Source of the DNA: Octopus sinensis
Lineage: Eukaryota
Direction: 5' to 3'
Length of the DNA stretch: 64,000 nucleotides
Assembly: GCF_006345805.1 (NCBI RefSeq)
Contig: NC_043021.1
Span: 11,966,001 to 12,030,000 of the forward strand
The notes under the pieces are model-generated. The model was not told where the DNA came from, did not search any database, and saw only the letters and a program-made list of their open reading frames with translations. Shown in pieces: positions 24,459-36,752 of this stretch. The first letter of the stretch is position 1; the number at the start of each line of letters is the position of its first letter. The position numbers and the translations under genes are program-made.

Positions 24459-27400
24459 GTGTATGTGTGTGTAAAACATTTTATTTCTTTATTGCCCACA
24501 AGGGGCTAAACACAGAGGGGACAAACAAGGACAGACAATGGGTTTAAGTCGATTACATCGACCCCAGTGCGTAACTGGTACTTAATTTATCGACCTCGAA
24601 AGAATGAAAGGCAAAGTCGACCTCGGCGGAATTTGAACTCAGAACGTAACGGCAGACGAAATACCGCTAAGCATTTTGCCTGGCGTGCTGACGTTTCTGC
24701 CAGCTCGCCGCCTTAATCTTGCTGTTCCCTGACCTATCTGCGTCTTTTGTTTTCTGTAAATTTGATCTACGTGTGTGTGTGTGTGCTGGCGTGTCTGTGT
24801 GGTTGAGAAGCTTGTGGCTCCGAGTTCAATACCACTGCATGGAATCTTGGGTGTCTCTTAGTGTAGCTCTGAGCTGACCAAAACCCTTGGGAGTGGATTT
24901 GATTGATGGAAACTGAAGGAAGTCCTTCGTGTGTGTGTGCGTGGGTGTTGCTGTCTCTTTACTTCGACATTGCGTCATAGTCGTAAACGAGTGTCACCAC
25001 TATGCAAGTGGTCACCTTTGTTTCCATGGAAATGTGCCTGTCTGGTCATGCAAATATATTACCTTGCTTGGAAACAGGTGAGTGTTGGCAACAGGAAAGG
25101 CATCCAGCCATAGAACATTCAGCACAAAAGATTCTCTCAGACCCAGGTGAACATGGAGACATGGATATAAAAACAATGGTATATATGTGTGTGTGTGAAG
25201 GCGGTGAGCTGGCAGACACGTTAGCGTGCCAGGCCAAATGCTTAGCGGCATTTCGTCTGTCGCCACGTTCTGAGTTCAAATTCCGCCGAAGTCATCTTTG
25301 CTTTTCATCCTTTCGGGTCGATTAAATAAGTACCAGTTTAGCACTGGAGTCAATGTAATCGACTTAATCCCTTTGTCTGTCCTTGTTTGTCCCCTCTATG
25401 TTTAGCCCCTTGTGGGTAATAAAGAAATATATATGTGTGTGAGAGAGAGAGAGAGAGAGAGAGTTTAAATGTAGTTTGTATATGTATGTATACATTATCA
25501 TCTAATGTCATTTTTTCCATGTTGGCATGGGTTGGATACGTTGACAAAAACATGAACCAGAAGACTCTGCCATGTTTTATGTCTGCTTTGACATGGTTTC
25601 TTCAGGTGAATGCCCTTCCTAACACTGAGCACTTAAATGTGCTGGGTGCTTTTTTACATCCCACACACATATATCATCATCATCTTTTAATGCCTGTCTT
25701 CTATACTGACATGGGTTGGACAATTCCATAAGATTCTACACACAAGATGAAAGACTGTTGTGCTTTAATATCTACTTTGGTATAGTTTCTATAGCCAGAA
25801 GCCTTTCCTTACACCAACTTGAGACCCCCTTTGGTCATGACTGACCGTGGGATTGCACCTAGAAAGTTACCCTCCCAGGCACAAGTCCGGCAAGGTTGCT
25901 TATGGAAGGCCAGCAGTTGCCCATGCATACCAGCCTCCCCTCTCCATGCTACCGATGTTATCCAAGGGAAAGACAAGGGCCGATACAGCTTGGGACCTGT
26001 GACGCCACAGCTCATTTCTACAGCTGAGTGAACTGGAGCAACGTGAAATAAAGTGTCTTGCTCAAGAACACAACACACAGCCCGGTCTGGGATTCGAACT
26101 CACAACCTCACGATTGTAAGCTTGACGCTCTAACAACTGAGCCATGTGCCTTCACTGACACCAACCACTTTGCAGAGTATACTGGGTGCCTTTTTTTGAG
26201 ATACCAACACTAGTGTAGTTGCTATATAGCTCATGTAACTAAGATCTCCACAACTGAGTAGGAAACAGCTTTATTCTAGGTTGTTTGGTTATGAAAGAAC
26301 AGGAAAGAACATATTTCTTACTGTTGAGACATTTGTTTCTTTGTATAAGAGGAATAGGTTGGAGTAATTAGAGCAGAAGCCAGAAACAGAAATAAAAACG
26401 TGGGTGACAAAATGTCAGTGTGAGCTGTCAAGGTACATGAAGGTGAATAGAAGTGAAAGAGGTTTTCTAAAAAAATTTGTATAAAAGGCAAAAATTTTTT
26501 TGTTGTGTCTGGGGAGAGTAATTTTCTTTTTGTGCTTTATAATTTAACACACTCACCGGTAAAATTTCCACTTATTTCTTATTTTTATTTTCTTAAAATT
26601 TTCCTTGCATCTTGCAACCTTTTCAATAGTCTTGACCTTGTCTTATCTTTGTTTTTAACTACTTTTAATTCCTTCAGTTACTGTATTTCACACCCCTCCT
26701 TCTCAAACTCTCCTATTAATGGTGTTACCCTGTTAGTGTGAGAAATGGTTAAAAATGGTTTGGGGATTGAAGTGAATATAATAAATGATAAACAAGGGTG
26801 AGGGAGTGGCCAACGATTAAATATGAATAAGAGGGAAGGTAGAGGAAAATATGTGATGACTGTAGAGATTGGGTAAGGGTGCGAGGTAACTAAGAATGGT
26901 GAACAAGGGTGGAGAAGTAACTGATGATAAATATGTCATAGAAGGATGATCAATGTAAAATGTGAGTGGAGTGGAGAGGAACAATGTTAAGAATGAGAGA
27001 TGGATGTCAAGGGAAGTGGTTTCACATGGTGGGAGAGATAACTAGCAGCAGAGAAAAAGATGATGAAATGTATAATTCCAATCTTATTCAATTACAGCCA
27101 GCTGTAGAATAAAGCAGTAGCTAGGCAGGCAAGTGATGGAGAGACGAGGAAGTTGTGATGAAGGCATGATGAGCAAATTGGGCAAGAAGCCCAGTTGTGT
27201 GTTTACACATATTTCCAGAATTTCAGTTTTACTGAGATGGATGGGCCTTTCCAAGCATTACATAACAATAATCAGTATTTGTCTGCTCCTTTAAGGGGCG
27301 CAGAGTCCCGAGATCAGCCTTCGGTACACCATCAATACTTTCTTAGGTCTTCCTCTTTCACAATTTCCATTAATATTAAACAATCAGCAACTTCTTTATA

Positions 27401-27789
27401 CAGCTGGAGTGGCTGTGTGGTAAGTAGCTTGCTTACCAACCACATGGTTCCGAGTTCATTCCCACTGCATAACACCTTGGGCAAGTGTCTTCTACTATAG
27501 CTTCGGGCTGACCAAAGCCTTGTGAGTGGATTAGGTAGACGGAAAATGAAAGAAGCCCATCGTATATATGTATGTGTGTGTATGTTTGTGTGTCTGTGTT
27601 TGTCCCCCCAACATCGCTTGACAACCGATGCTGGTGTGTTTATGTCCCCGTAACTTAGCGGTTCGGCAAAAGAGACCGATAGAATAAGTACTAGGCTTCC
27701 AAAGAATAAGTCCTGGGGTCGATTTGCTCGTCTAAAGGCGGTGCTCCACCATGGCCACAGTCAAATGACTGAAACAATTAAAAGAGAGC

Positions 27790-28145
27790 TGTTCTCATCC
27801 AGATGTACCACATGTCCATACCAGTGCAGTCTTCTCTCTTACACACTACATCATAGCTTCATTTCTCAGCATTCAAAGCCCACATTTTACTAGCATGTAC
27901 ATAACATTGCCGTTCATACACAAGCCTAATACAATTTGCCTCCCACACCGAAAGAGAAATTTTTGTTTTCTTTCACCAACAAAGGTAGTAGCTCTCTGAA
28001 CTTTCTCCTGCCTGTTCTTACTCTGGCAACTATACATTCAGAAACTTCACCTCCATGGCTAATTAGGTCATCTAGATAGCAGAAGCTGTCTATCAAAACC
28101 TCAAGGGATCCTCTTAGGCATTTGAAAAAATCTATTTTTCCATAC
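27790..28145 (-). mobile_element. RTE-clade LINE ORF fragment
   Basis: LEVIDSFCYLDDLIS.GG..SE.IVARVR.GRRKFRELLPLL...GKLY*ACV.TAMLHAS matches the segment following the RT domain in RTE elements. Confidence 0.85.
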
Positions 28146-30881
28146 ACCCTTAGTGTTTATTACTCCTGTTGCCTGTGATGCCACCATATGGAATTTCAAC
28201 ATACCCTATTTTTTTTTACACACAAGACAAAACTATTTCCCTGATGAAAGCAGAGACATGTTTGTTTTCCTGGTTACCAAAATTTTGGTTTTTACTAAAT
28301 TAACCTTGAAGTCCTTTGATTTTGGATTTTGCTGCCACATCTGGAATTTCTTTTCTAATTCTTCTACATAGGCATAGGAGTGGCTGTGTGATAAGTAGCT
28401 TGCTTACGAACCACATGGTTCCAGGTTCAGTCCCACTGCGTGGCACCTTGGGCAGGTGTCTTCTACTATAGCCTCAGGCCGACCAAAGCCTTGTGAGTGG
28501 ATTTGGTAGACGGAAACTGAAAGAAGCACGTTGTATATATATGTGTGTGTGTGTCTGTGTTTGTCCCTCCAACATCACTTGACAACCGATGGCAGTGTGT
28601 TTACATCTCCTTAACTTAGTGGTTTGGCAAAAGAGACCGTTAGAATAAGTACTAGGCTTCTAAAGAATAAGTCTTGGGGTCGATTTGCTCGACTAAAGGT
28701 GGTGCTCCAGCACGGCCGCAGTCAGATGACTGAAACAAGTAAAAGTGTAAAAGAGATTCAGCTGTAAGAATAAGATCATAACCACAGAGGAGTTGCCATG
28801 GGCAACCAGACTTAAACCCCTTTGTTATGGTCTGGAAGACTATGTTGAATAGGAGGGTAACTAAAAACTGAATCCGGATTAGCTCCTAGTTCATCACTAT
28901 ACTAATTCATCGCTATACTTGCTGTTAACTCTTACCTTACTAGCAGCACCTCTGTACATGGTGTTCTGGATCTCACACACCATTTGTTTGTCTATTCTTA
29001 GCTCCTTCGGGGACCTTCAGTTAACAAAGCGAAGAAGCGAAGAACTCTTGTAAAGGCTATAGGTGCAGGAGTGGCTGTGTGGTAAGTAGCTTGCTTACCA
29101 ACCACATGGCTCCGGGTTCAGTCCCACTGCGTGGCACCTTGAGCAAGTGTCTTCTAAAATAGCCTCGAGCTGACCAAAGCCTTGTGAGTGGATTTTGCAG
29201 ACAGAAACTGAAAGAAGCCTGTCGTGTGTGAGTGTGTGTTTGTCCGCCAACCATCGCTTGACAAACGATGTTGGTGTGTTCACGTCCCCATAACTTAGCG
29301 GTTCGGCAAGAGACCAATAGAATAAGTACTAGGCTTACAAAGAATAAGTCCTGGGGTCAAATTGTTCGACTAAAGGTAGTGCTCCAGCATGGCCACAGTC
29401 AAATGACTGAAACAAGTAAAAGAGTAAGTCATTGAATGCTAAATCTTCTCGTCAAGAAGGGAGCATTAGTTTTACTTTTTCCTTTATGTATGTATGTTTA
29501 CATCATGTGTTTCCTGACCATGTGGTCCTGGGTTCAATCTCACTCTGCAGCAACTTGGGCAAATATCTTTTATATAGCCATGAACCACCCAAAGCCTTGA
29601 ATGGGATTTGATTAACAGAAACTGAAAGAATCTTGAAAGAAAGGTGACAAGCTGGCAGAAACGTTAGCACACCGGGTGAAATGCTTAGCAGTATTTCTGT
29701 CCTTGTTTGTCATCTCTGTGTTTAGCTCCTTGTGGGTAGTAAAGAAATAGGTATTTCGTCTGCCTTTACATTCTCAGTTCAAATTCCGCCAAGGTCGACT
29801 TTGCCTTTCATCCTTTCGGGGTCGATAAATTAAGTACCAGTTACGCACTGGAGTCAATCTAATCGACTTCATCTCTTTGTCCTTGATTATCCCCTCAATA
29901 TTTAGCCCCTTGAGGGCAATAAAGAAATAAGAAACAACTTGCATAGACGAATAGTGCACTGGGGTCGATGTAATTGACTTAATCCCTTTGTCTGTCCTTG
30001 TTTGTCCCCTCTATGTTCAGCCCCTTGTGGGCAATAAAGAAATAAAAAAAGGAATAAGAAACTGAAAGAATCCTGTTATGTATGTATGGATAGACAGATG
30101 GATGCATGCATTTTTGGACACCCTTGTCCAGACATCATGTGATTATTCTAATTGAACATCATCATCATCATCATCATCATCATCATGCAAGTGAGGTTGT
30201 TCATTTCCATTCTTCTCTGAAAATCATGCCTAGCTATGGGGGAAATATTAGCCTTGCTAGGTAACAGGAAGGGCTTCTGGCCTTAGGAAATCTGCCTCAA
30301 TGAATATCTGTCTGACCCATGCAAGCATACTCTCTTTTACTTGTTTCTGTCATTTGACTGTGGCCATGCTGGAGCACCGCCTTTAGTCGAGCAAATTGAC
30401 CCTAGGACTTATTCTTTGTAAGCCTAATACTTATTCTATCGGTCTCTTTTGCCAAACCGCTAAGTTACGGGGACATAAACAATGTTGGTGGGACAAACAC
30501 ACACACACAAACATATACACACACATACATAATATATATACATATATACGATAGGCTTCTTTCAGTTTCTGTCTACCAAATCCACTCACAAGGCTTTGGT
30601 CAGCCTAAGGCTATAGTAGAAGACACTTGCCCAAGGTGCCACGCAGTGGGACTGAACCCAGAACCATGTGGTTGGTAAGCAAGCTACTTACCACACAGCT
30701 ACTAGCTTGGTAACAGGTGAGGGTTGGTAACAGGAAGTCTGTCTGAGCATAGAAAATTTGCCTCACCAAATTCTGTCTGACACATGGAAAACTAGACATT
30801 CAACAATGATATGGGTATGTATTACACCTATTGGATGTTGGTAATGTTTTATTTTTATTTTTATTTTCTCCCCAGTATAAG

Positions 30882-31071
30882 ATGAGTTCTGAAATTACAA
30901 AGCTGAACATCATCACTTACCTTGTTCCTGATGTAAAGGTGGAGGCATTTCAGGTTTTTACCGAATACCTTGAAGATGTGGCTAACGTTCGCTGCAACTT
31001 GATCTACGAAACCCGATGGCAGTATCCGACGAGCAAAAGAGACCTGTTTGATCTAGGAGATGTTGATATGG
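30882..31071 (+). CDS. PhnD/PtxB-like substrate-binding protein, coding exon 1 (MSSEITKLNIITYLVPDVKVEAFQVFTEYLEDVANVRCNLIYETRWQYPTSKRDLFDLGDVDM+g)
   Basis: Polypyrimidine tract and cccag acceptor ending at 30875; ATG at 30882; donor g|gttagt at 31072 (phase 1). The pattern 'ITYLxP..E.F....EYLE.......LIYE.RW......D.F..GDVD' resembles the N-terminal lobe of PhnD/SsuA/transferrin-fold binding proteins. Confidence 0.88.
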
Positions 31072-31599
31072 GTTAGTAATTTTTTTTCTTTTTTTCAACC
31101 TTTTCAAGCCTAGCCAGGCTCAAAGGCCCGGTTTCTGTGGCGTATATGTTCCCCTTCAGCTGGATGGGACGCCAGTCCATCGCAGCGTCACCCAAGAAAC
31201 AGGAAGAGAGAGTGAGAGAAAGTTGGGGCAAAGGAGTACAACAGGGGTCGCCACCACTCCTTGCTGGAGTCTCGTGGAGCTTTTAGGTGTTTTCGCTCTA
31301 TAAACACACACAACACCCGGTCTGGGAATTGAAACCGCAATCCTCCGACCGCGAGTCTGCTGTCCTAACTACTGGGTCATTGCGCCTCCATGGGTTAGTA
31401 ATAGTAATAGCTTTTTATCTCTTGATTTGAATGGTCATCATTGTTGTTGATGTCTTGCCACGGATCAGCTTTCTTTGTTTAACCCTTCAGCATTCAGATT
31501 ACTCTCTCAATAGTGATGCTTATTTATTCACATTGATATGAATCAGTCATGCCTTACTTTGTAGCTTTGAGATTTTGATGACATGATTGTTTGTTTTTA

Positions 31600-32165
31600 T
31601 TGGGTTGTCCGGAAAGTTTGTGCCGATTTATAGTAGCTTACCTTTCGACTTATTTTAGAACCTGGTTGAGTCCATAAAACAGAATTTGACTGCACCTCCA
31701 TTTAAAGCACAGTTTAAGCTATCTTTTCGTGGAAGAAGGTTTATGTTCCTATAACTTGTGTTAATTCTGTAACCCTTTAAAATGGAAGATAAGAAAGTTC
31801 ATTTTCGGCACTTGATGCTTTGGGAACCAGAAAAAAATTGCTGCAGCTCGGCTGGGATGTGTTACCCCACCCTCCATATTCACCAGATATTGCTCCTTTG
31901 GATTTCCACTTATTCAGGTCTCTGCAGAATAGTCTTAATGGTAAAAATTTCAAATCCGTGGATGATGTAAAAAGATACCTTGATGAATTCTTTGCCATGA
32001 AACCACCCCAATTCTGGGAAGAGGGTATTTTCAAGTTAAAGGAAAGATGGAGATGCATTGTGCAACAAAATGGTTCATATTTGGTTGATTAAAAATGTAA
32101 TGGCAAGTATTTATTGACCTTTTTCTTCCCTTTAAAAATCGGCACAAACTTTCTGGACAACCCAA
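31600..32165 (+). mobile_element. Internally deleted mariner element (566 bp)
   Basis: TA target duplication on both sides; 30-bp TIRs ttgggttgtcc[g/a]gaaagtttgtgccgattt (1 mismatch); MEDKKVHFRHLMLW N-terminus joined to ...GWDVLPHPPYSPDIAPLDFHLFRSLQN... C-terminus containing the YSPD motif. Confidence 0.97.
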
Positions 32166-32327
32166 TAGAATATTATTGTAGAGTAAGTGTGAGACATGTC
32201 CAATATGTTCACCGTCATCACTTCAGTGCAGGGAAAGTTCACCATAAGGAATGTTCACTGCGAGGAAAGTTCACCGCAAGGAAAATTTATGGAGAAATAA
32301 GTTTACAGTAACAAAATAAAAGAACCT

Positions 32328-32721
32328 AGTTAAGTTCCAGATTCAGTAATATTGTAAATAAAGGGTTCAACATTGGTTCAATGTCAGCGTGTGCATATAA
32401 GAATTTTTTGTGTAATAAGATAAAAAGCCAAGGCTGTATAGATATTATAGCATTTATAGATAGGTCTTACAGCTGTTTCTAGGATATTTATTAATAATAT
32501 CCCTTCATCAGACTTAGCTATCCTCTCACACTGTCTCTGATGAAGGGATATTATTAATTAATATCCTAGAAACAGCTGTAAGACATTCTATCTATAAATG
32601 CTCTAACTATACAGCCTTGGTTTTTTATTTTATTACGCAAAAAATTCTTATATACACACGCTGACATAGAACCAACGTTTAACCCTTTATTCGCAATATT
32701 ACCGAGTCTGGCATTTAACTA
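32328..32721. repeat. Long palindrome of Penelope-like ends (arms of about 185 bp, 23-bp loop)
   Basis: 32328-32512 is the reverse complement of 32536-32721, moderately diverged; the ctgatgaaggg...cctagaaacagctg motif is typical of Penelope-like terminal repeats. Confidence 0.85.
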
Positions 32722-33986
32722 TGGTCTGTCTATAGCACTTATTCAGCATTGCCTGACACCTTTGGAAAATATAAGAACTTTATTTTTGAACTCCTGAAGT
32801 TCACAGTGAATTGATGGCGGTGAACTCTACTGCGATGAATTGATGGCGGTGAACTTACCTGTAATTAATGTGAGAGGCCAGATTTGTCCAGTTTGGAGAT
32901 AAAACAGATTATTTTGGCTGGATAAGGCCAGTCTAAATGCTAAAGGGTTAATTATCATCATCATAATTTAACGTTTCCTTTTTCTATGCTGTCATGGGTT
33001 GGACAGTTTGAGATGAACTGATGGACCAGTTCTGGCCATAAGAAATCTGCCTCCATAAATATCTGTCTGACCCATGCAAGCATACATCCACAAACATGTC
33101 TGACTATTGGGGAAGATATTAGCCTTGCTTGGAAACAGAGGAGGGTTGGCCACAGGAAGGGCTTCTGACCATGGGAAATCTGCCTCAATGAATATCTGTC
33201 TGACCCATGCAAACATAGAAAAGTAGACATTATAACAATGATGATGCTATATTTGACCTTACTCTCTTTTACTCTTTTACTTGTTTCGGTCATTTGACTG
33301 CGGCCATGCTGGAGCACCGTCTTTAGTCGAGGAAATCGACCCCCAGGACTTATTCTTTGTAAGCCTACCACTTATTCTATCGGTCTCTTTTGCCGAACCG
33401 CTAAGTTACGGGGACGTAAACACACCAACATCAATTGACAAGCGATGTTGGGGGGACAAACACAGACACACAAACACACACACATATATATACATATATA
33501 CAACAGGCTTCTTTCAGTTTCCGTCTACCAAATCCACTCACAAGGCTTTGGTCGGCCCGAGGCTATAGTAGAAGACACTTGCCCAAGGTGCCACGCAGTG
33601 GGACTGAACCCGGAACCATGTGGTTGGTAAGCAAGCTACTTACCACACAGCCACTCCCGCGCCTTCTGGAAATAGTAACCAAATTTCCCTCAGATCCACA
33701 TTCTACTGTCTTTAGAAAAAAAAAATGTATCTGGGTGGCACATTAGATAATGTAGTCATAGATGGACAATGTCTCTGAAATAAAAGATTGGATGGTCACA
33801 GTTACAACACCGTGGTTTGCTGGATCAGAGCTGATCCCTGGTTAAGTAACAACAACATTTAGAGCTCCCTGTGTTCTGGTCCTCTGAGCCTCTCGGACAC
33901 TTGTAGGCCAAGACAGTGACCAAAACTTTCACAAACAACCCCTTCAGTATTGTTTGATTTCTTTTCATTCCTTGGTCTCTCGCCAG

Positions 33987-34131
33987 GCTTTATCAGTGCT
34001 CCAGGATTTCTCGAAATGTTAGAGAGACCAAACTCAATAGAGCTATGTCCTGTTGCTCCTGTCTATACTCACCCTCATGGAAGAGGCCGACCTGTGATTT
34101 TCTCCGATGTTGTAGTACGAAACGAGCTTGG
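33987..34131 (+). CDS. PhnD-like protein, coding exon 2 (G-FISAPGFLEMLERPNSIELCPVAPVYTHPHGRGRPVIFSDVVVRNEL-gg)
   Basis: Acceptor ctctcgccag at 33986, donor gg|gtatgt at 34132. The phase 1 start fits exon 1 exactly. 'GRPVIFSDVVV' corresponds to the 'xYxSxxIV' strand of PhnD-type proteins. Confidence 0.9.
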
Positions 34132-35384
34132 GTATGTATTCATTCATTCATTTTCTTTACACTCTGCCCCCACCCCTATCTGTCCTTCTCCTTTCAGCCC
34201 TTCTCTCTTCCTTTCTCTTCCCCCTCTCTCCCCTCTTTTCTCTCCTCCTTCCATGGCCGGGTCTCTTTTTTTTTAAACACAGCATCTTCCTATTTGTTGT
34301 GTTCCCTTATCATTTTGATTGCAAGGCTCAGCACCCTGACATCAGCCTTCACCATTCTTGCCTGTGTCTTCCTTCCTTGGTTTTCTTCCATTTGAATTTC
34401 CTGGCACTCCCTATGTTCTACACCACCATCCATGCATATTAAATGCTTGAAACCAACAAAGCTGTCTCCCTTGCAGTCTTGTACCTTATTCCTCCCATTT
34501 AATGAGTCATGTCACACACATACACACACACAAATCAGGCTTCTTTCAGTTTCTATTTACCATATCTGCTCACAAAGATCTGTTCAGCTCAACGTATCAC
34601 GTAGTAGGACTGAACCTGGAACCATATGGCTGCAAAGCATGCTTGTTTAAGCATAGCTATGCCGGCACGCATGCACACACACACACACACACACACCCAA
34701 ATCATGCTTCTTTCAGCAAATCGACCCCAGGACTTATTCTTTGTAAGCCTAGTACTTATTCTATCGGTCCTTTTCGCCGAACCGCTAAGTTACGGGGACA
34801 TAAACACACCATATTCGTTTGTCAAGCAATAGACAAACATAGACACACAAACGTATACACACACAAACACACACATATATACAACAGGCTTCTTTCAGTT
34901 TCCATCTACCAAATCCACTCAAGGCTTTGGTCAGCCCAAGGCTATAATAGAAGACACTCGTCCAAGGTGCCATGCAGTGGGAATGAACCCGGAATCATGT
35001 GGTTGGTAAGCAAGCTACTTACCACACAGCCACTCCTGCGTTTGTAGTATACTTTGAAAAGCAATCGTCTATTTTAGAAAGAGTAGGAACTTTCTTTTAA
35101 TGATAATTAACAGGTGTGGCTGTGTGGTAAGAAGCTTGCTTCCCAAGGACATGTTTTCGGGTTCACTCCCATTGCATAACGCCTTGGGCAAGTGTCTTCT
35201 ACTATTGCCTCGGGCTGGCCAAAGCCTTGTGATTGGATTTGGTAGATGGAAACTGAAAGAAGCCTGTTGTATCTATGTATGCACATATCTGTGTCTTTGT
35301 GTTTGTGATCATCTGCCACCACCACCTCCACTACTTGACAACAAGTGCTGTAGTGTTTACGTCCCTGTAACTTAGCCTGTCTGG

Positions 35385-35593
35385 CCCTTGTGCCGGTGGC
35401 ATGTAAAAACACCTACTACACTCTTGGAGTGGTTGGCGTTAGGAAGGGCATCCAGCTGTAGAAATTCTGCCAGATCAAGATTGGAGCCTGGTGCAGCCAT
35501 CTGGTTCACCAGTCCTCAGTCAAATCATCCAACCCATGCTAGCATGGAAAGCGGACGTTAAACGATGGTGATGATGATGATGATGACGATGAT
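35385..35593 (+). mobile_element. SINE-like family D (ggttggcgttaggaagggcatccagctg ... acgttaaacgatgatg tail)
   Basis: Other copies at about 40795-40980(-), 41980-42170(+), 46110-46430(+), 46630-47175(-, with about 60-bp internal subrepeats), 60146-60600(-), 61760-61915(+), 62620-62700(+), 12370-12445(-). Confidence 0.8.
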
Positions 35594-35758
35594 GAATTTA
35601 GTTATCATTAAGCTAGAGTTAGGAACATAAATTGTTACTAAGGTTTGGTGGAAGATTTTAATTCAAGACTTATGAAAACAAGACATTTGCACTCAGAACC
35701 AGAGCTGGTTTCAGCTGGGTTGGTATCAAAAGGGTTAAAAATATCATGGTGATGTTAA

Positions 35759-35978
35759 CTCTTTTGTTACCATATTTCTGTTCAGATGCTCTGTGTTTCT
35801 TTCCATAAATTTTAAATATAACAAAAGATTTAGTAAAATAACTTTGTTATCATTAAGCTAGTGTTAGGAACATAAATTGTGACTAAGGTTTGGTGGAAGA
35901 TTTTAATTCAAAACTTAAGAAAACAAGACATTTGTACTACAGAACCAGAGCCGGTTTCAGCTGGGTTGGCAACAAAAA
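35759..35978. mobile_element. piggyBac-like MITE, preceded by a partial copy (about 35600-35734)
   Basis: ttaa|ctcttttgttacc ... ggcaacaaaaagg|ttaa; its 3' about 135 bp is duplicated immediately upstream. Confidence 0.65.
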
Positions 35979-36606
35979 GGTTAAACTGTTTGGGGTCTTT
36001 GGGTTAGCAGAAGCAACTCTTCATCTTTTGGTTCAAGCAACTCTCCAGCTGTTGGTCGTGGTCATTGTGACACATTTTCGCATGGTGTTGGTGGTGGTGG
36101 AAGATGGTGTTGATGGTGTATGTTATAATGTTGGTCATAGTCACCATGTGAAGGCGCATGGCTCGGTGGTTAGAGCGTCGAGCTTACGATCGTGAGGTTG
36201 TGAGCTCGAATCCCTGACCGGGCTGCGTGTTGTGTTCTTGAGCAAGGTACTTTATTTCACGTTGCTCCAGTTCACTCAGCTGTAGAAATGAGTTGTGACG
36301 TCACTGGTGCCAAGCTGTATCGACATTTGTCTTTCCCTTGGATAACACTGGTGGCATGGAGAGGGGAGGCTGGTATGCATGGGCGACTGCTGGTCTTCCA
36401 TAAACAACCTCACCCTGACTTGTCTAGGAGGGTAACTTTCTAGGTGCAATCCCATGGTCTGTGTCGTGACCGAAGGGGGTCTCCGAGTCACCATGATGCA
36501 TTCATTGCTAGAAACTTCCTTTATTTCCCTTTTCTTTCCTTTTCTACTTTTGTTTTCTTTTTCATCTTCCAAATGATCTCATTTTTATTTGCTTTTCTTC
36601 ATCTAG

Positions 36607-36752
36607 CGGCGACTATAACGAGTTTGAGCGCCTGAAGGGACACAAGTTTACTTACTCTCATCCAGAGTCTACGACTGGCTACTCTATTATGCTCTCTGAG
36701 CTGAAGAACCATAACACAGACTCCAGCTTTTTTGCTGATACGATCCAATCTG
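36607..36752 (+). CDS. PhnD-like protein, coding exon 3 (G-GDYNEFERLKGHKFTYSHPESTTGYSIMLSELKNHNTDSSFFADTIQS-g)
   Basis: Acceptor ttttcttcatctag at 36606, donor g|gtaatt at 36753; phases 2/1 fit both neighbours. 'LKG..F.Y....STTG' matches the 'DLKGK.FAF.DP.STSG' oxyanion-binding motif of PhnD/PtxB. Not in the ORF track (no start codon, under 60 aa). Confidence 0.92.

Larger units (their letters stand above)
31483..32947. mobile_element. piggyBac-like MITE (about 220 bp when empty) split by nested insertions
   Basis: TTAA|cccttcagca ... tgctaaaggg|TTAA. The non-nested parts align by eye to the reverse complement of the uninterrupted copy at 59349-59568. Confidence 0.75.

Noticed and set aside
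26200-27180. Purine-skewed stretch possibly from a Penelope RT
   Set aside because: Only vague similarity; no motif could be aligned confidently.
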